64,000 bases of DNA, from NCBI RefSeq assembly GCF_006345805.1, contig NC_043010.1, positions 5,952,001 through 6,016,000 of the forward strand. The letters run 5' to 3'. The notes below the pieces were generated by a model that did no database searches, was not told where the DNA came from, and saw nothing but the letters and a program-made list of their open reading frames with translations. Positions 1 to 11,151 of the stretch are shown piece by piece. The position numbers and the translations under genes are program-made. Every line of letters begins with the position of its first letter. Position 1 is the stretch's first letter. This stretch comes from Octopus sinensis (lineage: Eukaryota).

Positions 1-735
1 CCTGTGCTTGATGCCATGTACAATAGCACCTGTGCCGTGCCATGGAAAAAAAAGCACTTAGGCAAGTGCTATGTGAAAGCACCTGTCCTGTGCTGCAAAA
101 ATACATGTGCCGGGTTTTGCCACATAGAAAGCCCCCTGTGAGGCAGGACTGTACTTTTAACCAAAAAGTACCTGCGCTGGTGCACACCACAAAAAAGGCA
201 CCTGTGCCAGTGCCACAAAAAAAAAAGCCCTGGTGCTGGTGTCCCACAAAAAAGGCACTGTGCAGTGCACAAAAAAAAGCCCCTGTTCTGGTGTCACCAC
301 AAAAAAGGCACTGTGCCGGTGCACAAAAAAAAGACCCTGTGCTGTGTGCCACAAAAAAGGCATACTGTGCCAGTGCCCACTCAAAAAACCAAAACACCCT
401 GTGCCAGTACCATGTATATAGCCCCTTGTCCGTGTGTGCCACATAAAAACCACATATGCTGATCTCCACATAGAAAACAGCTTTACGAGTGGTGTCATGT
501 AAAAGTACATTACTGCACTGCCATGTGAAACAGCACCCAGTACACACATTAAGTGGTTAGCATTAGAAAGGGCCGCAGCTGTAGAAACCAAGCCGAAAAC
601 ACATGACTGGAAACTGGTGCAGCTCTCCAGTTTCTAGCCACAAACCATCAAACCATGCCAGCATGCAAAACATATGGTGTTTATTATCGCCAACACATGA
701 ACTACAATGGAAAAAAGTTCGACACAATTAAAAAG
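1..735 (+). repeat. Indel-rich duplicate of 18562-19260 (minisatellite retroposon plus 3' flank)
   Basis: Colinear with 18562 onward, including unique segments (AAAAGTACCTGCGCTGG, CTACAATGGAAAAAAGT). Confidence 0.8.
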
Positions 736-1596
736 ACCTGAACGATTATATATATTATATATATATGTATATATCTGCACGCGTACACGCACATACACAG
801 CAAATTTCTTTCGGTTTTTGTCAACAAAATCCAAACACAAGGATTTGGTCACCCCAGTACTATAGTAGAAGACACTTGCCTATAGTGCCACAGAGTGGTA
901 CTAAACCTGGAACCATGCGGTTAGAAAGCAAACCTCTTACTTACACCTTAAAAAAAAATGCTCAACAGTCTTGAATTTTGGAAAGACACAACCGCCACCC
1001 ACCCCGAGGTGATGAAGTGGTTTTGTTTGTTGCAGCATACCAAGTTTCTCTTTGTAGCCCTGAGGAGGGACTGCAAAGGATATGATCATTACTCCAACTA
1101 TCCTAATGAGTAGCGTAAAATAAAAAGAAAGCGTTACTTCACGTAATCAGAGTTATTGCCCTTGGATACTGACCTAGAAGAAATAAAACTATTTTTAAAA
1201 AAAGTACGAAAATATTTTCTTCTTCTCACATTCTAATTACTAATTAATAAACCTATACCTAACATTAGTTTCTAATTAAACATTAATTATTCTATTCATA
1301 GATCAACTTTCCATAATTCTGAAATTGTTTGTAACAGTGAAAAATAATGTTTTTGAAATTATATCAGTTTCTACACTTGAAAAGCTTTGATGAATATTAT
1401 CTTCATTTCTGATTAGATTTCTGGAAATCACAATGAGAGAGTAATATCTGTGGAAAATTCTAGCAATAGTAAGTGAATTGTTGTATCACATCCTCTATCT
1501 AACAAAGGGAAGAACTTGCGAATAAATAAACCATTTAAAAAAATACATAAATATTTACATATTAGATTATCAAAATGACTTTTAATAAGTACTTAC

Positions 1597-1830
1597 CAAC
1601 AGTTGTCAGTTGTTTGTTCTGTTGTTGCTGTGCTGTTTCAGTGTTCTGATAACAAAGTTGTAGTAGTAGCAGAAGTTTGGTAAGTGATAGTGTTATACAG
1701 TTCTATGGAGTTGGTTGTGTAGTGTGTAATGTGTGTTGTAGCCAATGACAAGCTGTCTTTTATTCCAATGCAAGGAAACGGAAATACAGCCTCCAACTTT
1801 TGCAGTTAATGATGGGCTGACTCACATACA
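1597..1830 (-). promoter_or_regulatory. Conserved promoter/non-coding leader exon of a further Pcdh unit left of the window
   Basis: Copy of the block found upstream of every gene: TGACTCA 1818-1824, CCAAT 1742-1746, donor TTG|GTAAGT at 1597/1596. Confidence 0.65.
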
Positions 1831-2681
1831 GTATCACTTAGGCCCACATACACTTGTGTGTGTGTGTGTGTGTTAGTAGAGTGTACATAAATGAACAAGG
1901 AAGAAATGTCTAATATCTAAAATGGAAAGGATAGGCAATAAATTCAGTATGGAAAATGTTATTTCTAAATAATGATTATATAGTTTATAAATAGTATAAG
2001 AAAACTAAAATTAGCAAGTTTACTTATGATACTAAATTGGCATAATCTGCCAAAAAAAAAGAAATTGTAAAATGAATGTCAAATTATTCTATATGAACTG
2101 TTTCCAATTATAATAATATGCCAGGTTTTACAAAGAAACTTTTAGAAAATACGAAACTGTGGCTATCAATAAACAAATGTCTCTTGAGTAAAGATTTGTA
2201 TGATTGAAAACTGACTTAAGAGTAATATTTAGGAATCACCTAAATACAAAGCTGTTATTTTAAATCAAAAGTGTACTTTAATTTTGAATGCAGTGTCAGT
2301 TTCAAAATAATCATTAATATTAAAAAAATTTTAGCAAGAAATAAGTACATAGAAATAACTAACAAAGTAAACTGGAAAAAAAAAAAAAAAAAAATATTTC
2401 CTTGCCAGGAAACTATAACATGGATCTTTAATTTTAGTATCATACATTGATATTTAAAAAATCTGGTAAAATGTTTGGGAGAAACCTGCTTTGACTAAAT
2501 GTTAGATGGAATATCAATAAGTTTCTAAAAATTACTGCTTATGATACACAATGAATACAAGTTCCATTGTGGAAGGAAATACTCCCATAATATAATTATT
2601 TTCCATTAATTTATTCCACTCAGTGAGTTCATTGCCTGTATTGTGTAAAGGGTAGCTTGGAATATTCTTGAAATTGTATAA

Positions 2682-5600
2682 TTAGTTGTTTGTTAAAGGT
2701 GGAGGTGGAGGTACCTCCGGTATTGAAAGTCTGTTTGGTAGTGTTGTTACTTTAGGTACAGTTGGAAAAGATGATTCACAGTCTGAAGTAAACTGACTAA
2801 TTACTGGTATTTCAGGTACAGTTGGAAGAGATGATTTACAGTCTGAAGCAAATTGACTAGTTACTGGTATTTCGTATAGTGGTTCAGTTTCGTTAGATGT
2901 AGTACCAGTTATAGTCAAAGGTATTTGCTCGGGAAAACTGGAAGTGTTAATACCAATATCTGGTTGATAAGGATAGCCTTTGTTATTACCTCCACTTGAT
3001 CTCTTCAGAGTGTATGGAAGCAGATTTCTCTGTGTATGATCACATTGGTAGCTGTATTTGTCTGAAAAATGCATAGATATATGAAAAGGTACTTTGAAAC
3101 AAACAAACTTTGTTTTTTTATGAATAAAATTATCCAATACTTATGTATTATTTATGTGAACTTGTGTATTTGTCACCAATATATTGACGGAGTAACTGTT
3201 AAAGTGGTATTGAATAGCATCCATATTTACATCATACTTCGATTTTATTTTTCCATTATGGTTAAGTTAGAGAAAAAACTTTGGTAGGACAATTTGCATG
3301 TAGTGGACTCTAATGTGATCAAAGAAACTTCCAAATAATCTACATACTCTTGTAGTGATGCTGCTGTGTAAGGTTCAGCGCACATGCACAGAATTGGATT
3401 ACTTCCGGTTGGCCACCGGAAGTCTTCCTCATGCGCATGTGCAGGAACTGACCCCTAAAACGCAGTTCGCTAACTCATCCTTTCTGGCTCAGGCAGCACC
3501 CGAGAATGGACGTGTATTGGCAGTCTCTCTGAGGACTTCTCACCAACCAAGCAGCAAACCCGACGAATCGTTTGACTAACAAACAAGAAAGCGAGTAATC
3601 AGTCCTGCGGATTCGGCTGTCGGTTTCCCTCCAGAGAACACGTACACCAGTTCTTGATTGTGACGAGAAATAAACAACCATTTTGCTGTGTTCGTAGACC
3701 ACCTGACTTTGTCTGTTATTCTACCTAAATTGAATGTGACGGAATCAGATCGGACACCCCTCCAGTGATACCGAAACTGATCCTGTTACACTCTTATGAA
3801 AGGAATCACCCCCAAACTTCCCTTTGTATACAACTTCTTGTACATTGAGGGTTTGCTCTGGTATGCCATCACTACTTTCTTTTATCTCCTCCTCAACTAC
3901 TTCCATCCACCCCTATATACAATGTGAGGTGGGTGGGAGTAATGGAGGAAGAGATATAAAAAAAAGCAGTGTGGCATACCAGAGCAAACCTCCAAGGTAG
4001 AAGACATACTCAATGTGAGGCAGCTATGTGTCTCCTCTACAGCAAGGCAACTGTGCTTATCACTATCATACATTAGCCTTTCAACCCCTAGTGTAAAACC
4101 ACTTTTCCCTCTCAAAAACTAGCCCACCTTCACTTAAAAGTTCAGCTGTTTTTCTTTTCCATTTTTCCTGTTCTTTATCTGTCCTGCAAAATATTTGGCA
4201 ACCTCACTAGTGCCATCAACATAAGAAAAAGCAACCAGAATGCACTGTATTGTAGTAGGTATTAATAATAGCATATAGCCTTAGAAATCAACTCAAAGTA
4301 TACTCTATAACTCAGCACAGCCCTACAGCTTACTGGATCTTGTCAATTTATCCAATTCATGCCATTACTGATTACAGACATTAAATGATGATGTTCATGG
4401 CAGAGTTTTAGAAAAGCACAATAAGTGTTAATTTTTATGATCACATCAAATGTCCACTTTTCCATACTTGCATAGTTCAAACAGAATTTGTCGATGCAGG
4501 TATTCTATAATTGGATGCCCTTCCTTTTGCCAACCTTCACTTGTTTCTAAGCAATGCGATATTTTCCCATGACTGGGCAAGTTTTTTGTGGAAAATTGGA
4601 AATGTAGGACAACACTTGTATAACAGTGACTCTTGTTAACATCTACTATGAGATGTCTAGACAAGGAGGCACAAACAGACACTCACACAAATATATATAA
4701 ATAAGGCGGCGAGCTGGCAGAAACGTTAGCACGCCGGGCGAAATGCGTAGCCGTATTTCGTCTGTCGCTACGTTCTGAGTTCAAATTCCGCCGAGGTCGA
4801 CTTTGCCTTTCATCCTTTCGGGGTCGATAAATTAAGTACCAGTTATGCACTGGGGTCAATGTAATTGACTTAATCCGTTTGTCTGTCCTTGTTTGTCCCC
4901 TCTGTGTTTAGCCCCTTGTGGGTAGTAAAGAAATATATATAAATACATGCATGTGTGTGTGTGCATGCGTGCATACAGGCATACGTACATGCATGATGGA
5001 CTTCTTTCAGTTTCCATCAACTATAATCCACTCACCAAGCTTTGGTCAGCTGAAAAATTTAGTCGAAGGCACTTGCTCAATGAGACTAAGTGGTATTGTG
5101 GTTAGGAAGTGAACCTGTTCACCACACAGCCATGCTTAATGCCGTGTGCTTACAATGGTTATATTAGTCCACAATGATGAGAAGTAAATGAGTGAAAACC
5201 TCGGATGCCTCTTATAACTGAATATCACAGTTTACCAACATCATCCAACTAGCAAACTCTGAAAAGGTGTTTGACAGTGAATTTTATGCTAGTTGGAACC
5301 TCAAATAGTCCCAACCAACATAAGCATGCAAATACATGCAACAGTATTAGCTTAATGATATCACAAGCTAGATAAATACAAAACATTTAGTGGGCAAGTG
5401 TTGTACAGATATATACATAGAATAGTAATGGAATCTCTATATATATAAACGGCAAAATGTCTGTCTGTGTGTGTGTCCGTTATACAAATCTACAACTTTT
5501 CAGTTAGAGGGCATGTACTTTCTATGATCATTCAAAACCGTCCAAGGGTGGTCGTGCACATCTTTACATTTCCCCAGTCACCCCGCAAAGCCATTAAAAA

Positions 5601-8468
5601 ATCAATTGAAGTGACTTTTTTTGTGAATTTTCTATCCAAAACTCAATCAAAATGCCCGAAACTTGATACGCTAATTGAATGCCAGCTAGCTGTATGCGAT
5701 TGGTCAGAGATTTGGACAGTACTCGCATGTATGTGTGCACGCATGCAGCTGTATATGCATGCACTAGCACTATGACCCGGTGTTGCCGGGTCATAGTGCT
5801 AGTAATATTATATAAATTACTCCAGTTATGAATTATAAATCTTATATTTTTGACTTCTGAATTCCCTTTCAACTCTCAGCTCATATATTCTGGTTTTGAA
5901 GGACCCTTTAAGCTTTTGTGTGGATTACCAGGGTTTAATAGTATTGGAGACTGAATTGCAGCAATAATAACTAAAAATGATGATTTATTTGAAATATTAC
6001 CACAAGGTAATGATCACATGGTCAATCAATCATCTACAAAATGGAACAGCTAGTGATAGTGAGCTACTGATAACATTATCAGGATTAGCAGATGAGTTTG
6101 GTGAAAGATTGTTTAGCAGTTAGTTCTTCACTTGATCTTTACAGGTAGTTTTCACATTTAGATTCAATGCAGTTTCTCTATGTATGAATTGGCTACCAAA
6201 TATCTTCCGGGAAATCTCATTACATTGTTGTTATAAATTAATTATTTGGTTAAACATTTGAAGAAAGTTTACAGCCGCTCTTAACTGTTGCCAAATAATT
6301 TTTCCACAAAAAAAAAAAATCATGTATCAGACCATTATAGCATTTGAAAATAACCCTGCGCAAATATTAATGAAACTTTCCATTTGATTGACTGTAGCCT
6401 TTTAAAACTGATTTTTTTAAAATGATGGTTTGCATAGTTTTCTGCTGCACTATTATATTTTGAAATGAAGGAAGAAATTTCAACTTCCTTGTAGACAAGA
6501 CAATGTAACAAGGTAAATCTGGTTCATTGTCTGATACCATTGTCAGACAATATCATACCAACAGACAGTGGGAAATGAACATTTCCTCAGGTTTTGTGGG
6601 TTCCTACTGTAACGTAATGTAAACAGACTTCAATCAAAGTAGTGCCAAGTCAAATGTATTCAACAAATATCCAGTATTTTGTATTCATACTCAATCCATA
6701 CGTAATCTATCCTGGAGTTCTGACTGAGTCAATAAAAGGGCTACCATTAAAGATGATTCTAGCACACAAACTCCACAAGATCTGATAAATTCTTTAACAT
6801 TTCTACCAAGATTAGTTTACCAAGCACAAGTCCTTCTTACTTCAGTGTTTATTGCACAAATATGTGTGTCATGAACTGAAGAAAGAAGTAATGCATGATA
6901 ACATTCAGAAATAAATAGAATAGTTTTACTTGGAATAAAATTATTATCTACAAAGTATTAACATGAATGACTCAAACATTGTCATTGTAAGACATGGTTT
7001 CAACCAAACTTTTCCAGCAGTGTGATTTTTAAGTAAACATAGAGAGCAACCTTTAACCCTTTAGTGTTCAGATTATTCTATCAAACATAATGCCTATTGA
7101 TTCCCATTGATTTGAATTAATCATGCATTATCTCATATCTTCAAGATCTTAATGGTGTAATTACTTAATGTAGAATAACATTGTAGGGTAGGTGTGAGAG
7201 TCTGGATCTGGTCAGTTTGAACATAAAACGGATTAGCTATTTTGGCCGGATATGGCCGGTTTAAATACTAAAGGGTTAAATCTTTAAAATGATTTTTGAT
7301 GTCTTAGTCTGAACTTTAGCATAAATGAATTCAATGTCACTTTTATGACAATGAAAAGCATTTGTAAAATATCTCAGACTTACCAGGCATTTCCACAAAT
7401 TGTCCAGCACTACTGACACTCCAGCCATGGCCATTATCATTGCAAGACGATAATGTTGACATATCACTGAATTGGTGGGTGTTGTTTAGTCCGCTGTAAC
7501 TTGGAGACATATTTTCTCTTGGAACAAACATCTGAAAACACAAAAAATCCATAGTTAGGACATAGTGAAAAGGATTGAAATATATGCAATATCTTTATAT
7601 ATAAAAGTGAGGTTGTGTGCTATCTGTCTCCTACGATTTAGATTCCTAACTACTCCCACATTTTGCGGTGCAGTTTAACCAAAACCGGGTATCTTATAGT
7701 CGTGATTCATATCGAGCCCTTCTGGGTATTAGCATGAGTCTACGATTTTAAAAAAAATTTACCATTAATTTTTCCCATTTTTAATGCATTTTTGGCATAT
7801 ATAAGGGAAGTAACTCTCTCAAAATTTATTATTAAATCTCACAACGTAAAAAGCTACAGTAACACCCCGCCCCTTTGTGGTTAGCCATATTGAGATGGCT
7901 ATTATACTTTACATCTCTAAAAATGCTTATATAGTTATTTCCCTTACAAACCCGAGCAACGCCAGGCGATACTGCTAGTGTTATATATAACTAAAACAAT
8001 TAATAATGGTTTCTGAATTATGTACATAGCTAGCAATTTTGTTGGGTCGAAGGGAAACTTGTACATAACTATTATTTTATTTAATCAACTTCAGAGGGAT
8101 AAAAGGCAAAGTAGGTCTTGCCAGGAGAAGTACAATGAACCATTTTCACTAACTACCCACTGACACTAGCAACCCACCAACCTGATGAACACATAATTAT
8201 AATCGATTAAAAATATTGATACAAAATGCAGATTGTAGATAGAGCAGTTGAATTGTCATAGTAGCATGCAATCAAATGAAAACATGAGAAAAACCTTTAG
8301 GAGTGGCTGTGTGGTAAGTAGCTTGCCAACCAACCACATGGTTGCGGGTTCAGTCCCACTGCGTGGCATCTTGGGCAAGTGTCTTCTGCTATAGCCCCAG
8401 GCCGACCAATGCCTTGTGAGTGGATTTGGTAGACGGAAACTGAAAGAAGCCTGTCGTATATATATGTG

Positions 8469-8507
<39 letters not shown>

Positions 8508-11151
8508 TTGTGTGTCTGTGTTTGTCCCCCTAGCATTGCTTGACAACCGATGCTGGTGTGTCTATGTCCCCGCCACTTAGTGGTTCGGCAAAAGAGACCG
8601 ATAGAATAAGTACTGGGCTTACAAAGAATAAGTTCCGGGGTCGATTTGATCGACTAAAGGCGGTGCTCCAGCATGGCCGCAGTCAAATGACTGAAACAAG
8701 TAAAAGAGAAAGAGAGAAAGGATCTACATTTCAGAGAAAAAGATATTGAAAGCATCTCACCTGTTGATGTCGTCTTAAAGTCAGATCCTCCCATCTACCA
8801 CCTGATATAGCTGTGTAGAGAGAATTTTTCCTGTACACCATTGCTTGTTCAGATTCCTTCAGATCTTTCTCCATTGTGTTCTGAACTCCAGGAGCAACAC
8901 AAATAGGATTGGACACATATCTTGATTGCATGTTTAATGCTGGTGTGACATTGTAGAACATAGATCTACTCTCATAGTTGTTGTCTGTCTGCTTCAGTCT
9001 ATGAACTATACAGATTGATATGGAGATCACTATGACAACTGATACGATCACAGCTGCTATAACAATAACAATCATCACATTCAATTGGAGACCATTACTT
9101 GATTCTGTTGTTGTCTTTGAAGGGGCCTTAAATATCTTTGATGTGCTGTTACTAACTGTGAGAGTCAAAGACAAAGTTGTTGTCGATGACAGAACTGGAC
9201 TGCCACTGTCTTTCACACCTAATTCCAGTTCATAGAATCCAGCATCATTTTGGTAAAGTGAGCGAGAGAAAGATAAGACACCAGAGTGATGGTTCATTTG
9301 AAATAAGTGTTTCTCATTACCTCTGAGTATTTCATATGTGAGGAAGGCATTGTGTTGACTGTCTCTGTCGGAGGCCCTAACAACTGTGATATCATGGTCA
9401 GAGTGGGGATGGTAGTGGACATTAAGACTGAAAGGGTCAACATTAGGGAAACTGAAATAGGGAGCATTATCATTTAAATCCATAACCTCAACAACAACAT
9501 TTGCTCTCTTCTCCAGTGATGGTGTTCCTTTATCTTTTACTAAAACCTTAAACTCATACAGGTTCTTTTCTTCTCTGTCTAGGGACTCAGTTGTGGAAAT
9601 GAATCCCACATCAGATATCTGAAATGGTAGAATATCTTTTCCATTAGATAATAGAGAATAGGTTAATTGTCCTCCGTCTCCAATATCTGGGTCTGTGGCA
9701 TTGACATATCCAACAGGGAAGTCTTTGTGTTCATTTTCATAGGTGAGAAACTTAAATATGTCCTGACTAAACTGAGGTTGTACATCATTTATGTCAGTGA
9801 CCAGCATTGAAAACTGTTTCTCTACTTTCAATGGAGGTAAACCATTATCTTGACATTTAATGGTGAAATTAAATCTCTTCTCACTCTCTCTATCTATTTC
9901 ACTCTTGACAACAACTTTGTATTTCTTTTTAGAAATTAAAATTAGCTGAAGATATCTATTTTGTAAATGACATTTCACTCGACAATTTTTTCCATTGTCA
10001 TTGTCAGTAACTTTGACATAAGCAACAAAGCTGTGAATTTTAGCTGCTTCTGAGATGACAGCTGTGTTTCCAGTTGACTCTATAACAAATTTGACATCAA
10101 TGTTTGGTGGATTATTACGATGTGTGACACCATTTATAAGGACGGTGGCTGTTGAGGACATAGGTATTTTACCATTATCTCTAGCTTCAACAACCAATTT
10201 ATAGGATTTTTTAAACTTGTATTCTTTCGTTATATGCATTTCTCCTGTTATTTCATCTAAAGTAAAGCATTGTTTAAATTTATTTAGTGTTTTAGCACTA
10301 AAAGCATAAGAAATTCTTCCATTTTCCCCTTCATCTATGTCTGCTGCAGACAGTCTTACAATAGGCTTGTTCATTTGATGTGTGTCATTTAGAGTCACAT
10401 TGTAGATATTTTGGGAAAATACAGGGAAATTATCATTTTTATCTTCCACTAAAATTTTGATGTCCAGTATACCTTCTTTTGGTGGAGATCCCCCATCTGT
10501 GGCAATCAGCTGAAGATTATAAATGCTTTTAGTCTCACGATCTAAGTTACCTTCTAAATTCAGTTGTAATAATTGACTTCCATCTGTTTTTTTAGAAACA
10601 AACAATTTGAAAGAAGTATCTTCATTCTCTACAAGTTGATAAGAGATTTTAGAATTCTGAATACTGACATCATTGTCAATGGCATTTGGAATTATTTCTT
10701 TTGTTCCAGCCAATACATTTTCATCAAATTGTATTTGAAATTCATTATTTGGAAACACTGGATAATTGTCATTGACATCGCCTATCATAAATTTGAATTC
10801 TAATATCTTGATTAAGGACTTGTCATGTTGAATTGCTACATCAAATATCCTGAAACATTCCACGTTATATCGACATAGAGATTCTGCATCCAATATGGCA
10901 GCTGAGTACAGTTTTCCTCCAGGTGTAACATTAAACAATTGAACAGTTTGATCAGTACTATCCCGGAGTATATTAAATGTCAGTTTGCTTCTATTAAACT
11001 GGGACTGTATATCATCCATTAAGTGTGTATCAGTGAAAATATTTCCAATATAGCTGTCTGTATCATTGTTCTCTTTCACATGGTAGATATGATCCACACA
11101 CCAGCAGTTGTTAGCCACCAGCACCACAATCAACAAAACCATTGAAAACAT
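2682..11151 (-). CDS. Pcdh: Protocadherin G1, join(complement 8761..11151, 7384..7531, 2682..3061), 972 aa
   Basis: Signal peptide, EC1 with C-x5-C, six cadherin repeats (DxNDN, LDRE, AxDxG motifs), TM VIVIAAVIVSVVIVISISICIV. Acceptor ttacag at 11252 and donor CAG|GTGAGA at 8761/8760; acceptor tttcag|ATG at 7531 and donor G|GTAAGT at 7384; acceptor tttcag at 3061; TAA at 2682-2684. Exon lengths 2391+148+380 are in frame. Confidence 0.93.
3351..3790 (+). mobile_element. Solo LTR, 440 bp (Ty3/gypsy-like by its 4-bp TSD)
   Basis: TGTA...TACA termini, CTCT duplication at 3347-3350 and 3791-3794, AATAAA at 3669-3674, GC-richer than its flanks. Confidence 0.7.
4703..4935 (+). mobile_element. tRNA-derived SINE, family A
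   Basis: A/B-box-like head (TGGCAGAAACGTTAG...GAGTTCAAATTCC). Close copies at 26758-26987 and 33788-34027. Confidence 0.8.
5434..5802 (+). mobile_element. Non-autonomous Helitron
   Basis: Starts TC(TCTATATATATAAA) after an A, ends with a perfect 18-bp hairpin and CTAG before a T; no TSD. Confidence 0.72.
7057..7275. mobile_element. piggyBac-like MITE
   Basis: TTAA flanks (7053-7056, 7276-7279) and TIRs CCCTTTAGT / ACTAAAGGG. Confidence 0.7.
7592..7978 (+). mobile_element. Non-autonomous Helitron (second family)
   Basis: A|TCTTTATATATAAAAG start; subterminal CCCGAGCAACGCC hairpin remnant; CTAG|T end. Confidence 0.68.
8298..8720 (+). mobile_element. tRNA-derived SINE, family B, with internal (TA)n/(TG)n
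   Basis: GGAGTGGCTGTGTGGTAAG...GGTTCAGTCCC head, CTTGGGCAAGTGTCTT core, GGCGGTGCTCCAGCATGGCC...GTAAAAGAG tail; several copies in the window. Confidence 0.82.

Noticed and set aside
4703-4800. tRNA genes at the SINE heads (also 23206, 28600-28675)
   Set aside because: Only A/B-box-like remnants, no full cloverleaf, and continuous with SINE bodies and TSDs.
2682-7531. A single shared constant region at the cluster end, as in vertebrate Pcdh alpha/gamma
   Set aside because: Every unit has its own intact tail exons and stop, and G1's are the most divergent.
8256-8749. Recurrent ORFs MSSNARGTNT, MLGGQTQT, MTTDAG (also ~11620, 14634, 22288, 31795)
   Set aside because: They lie within SINE family B copies.
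9020-9235. Plus-strand ORF MEITMTTDT... repeated in every gene
   Set aside because: It is the antisense of the TM-coding region and is conserved only because that block is homogenised.
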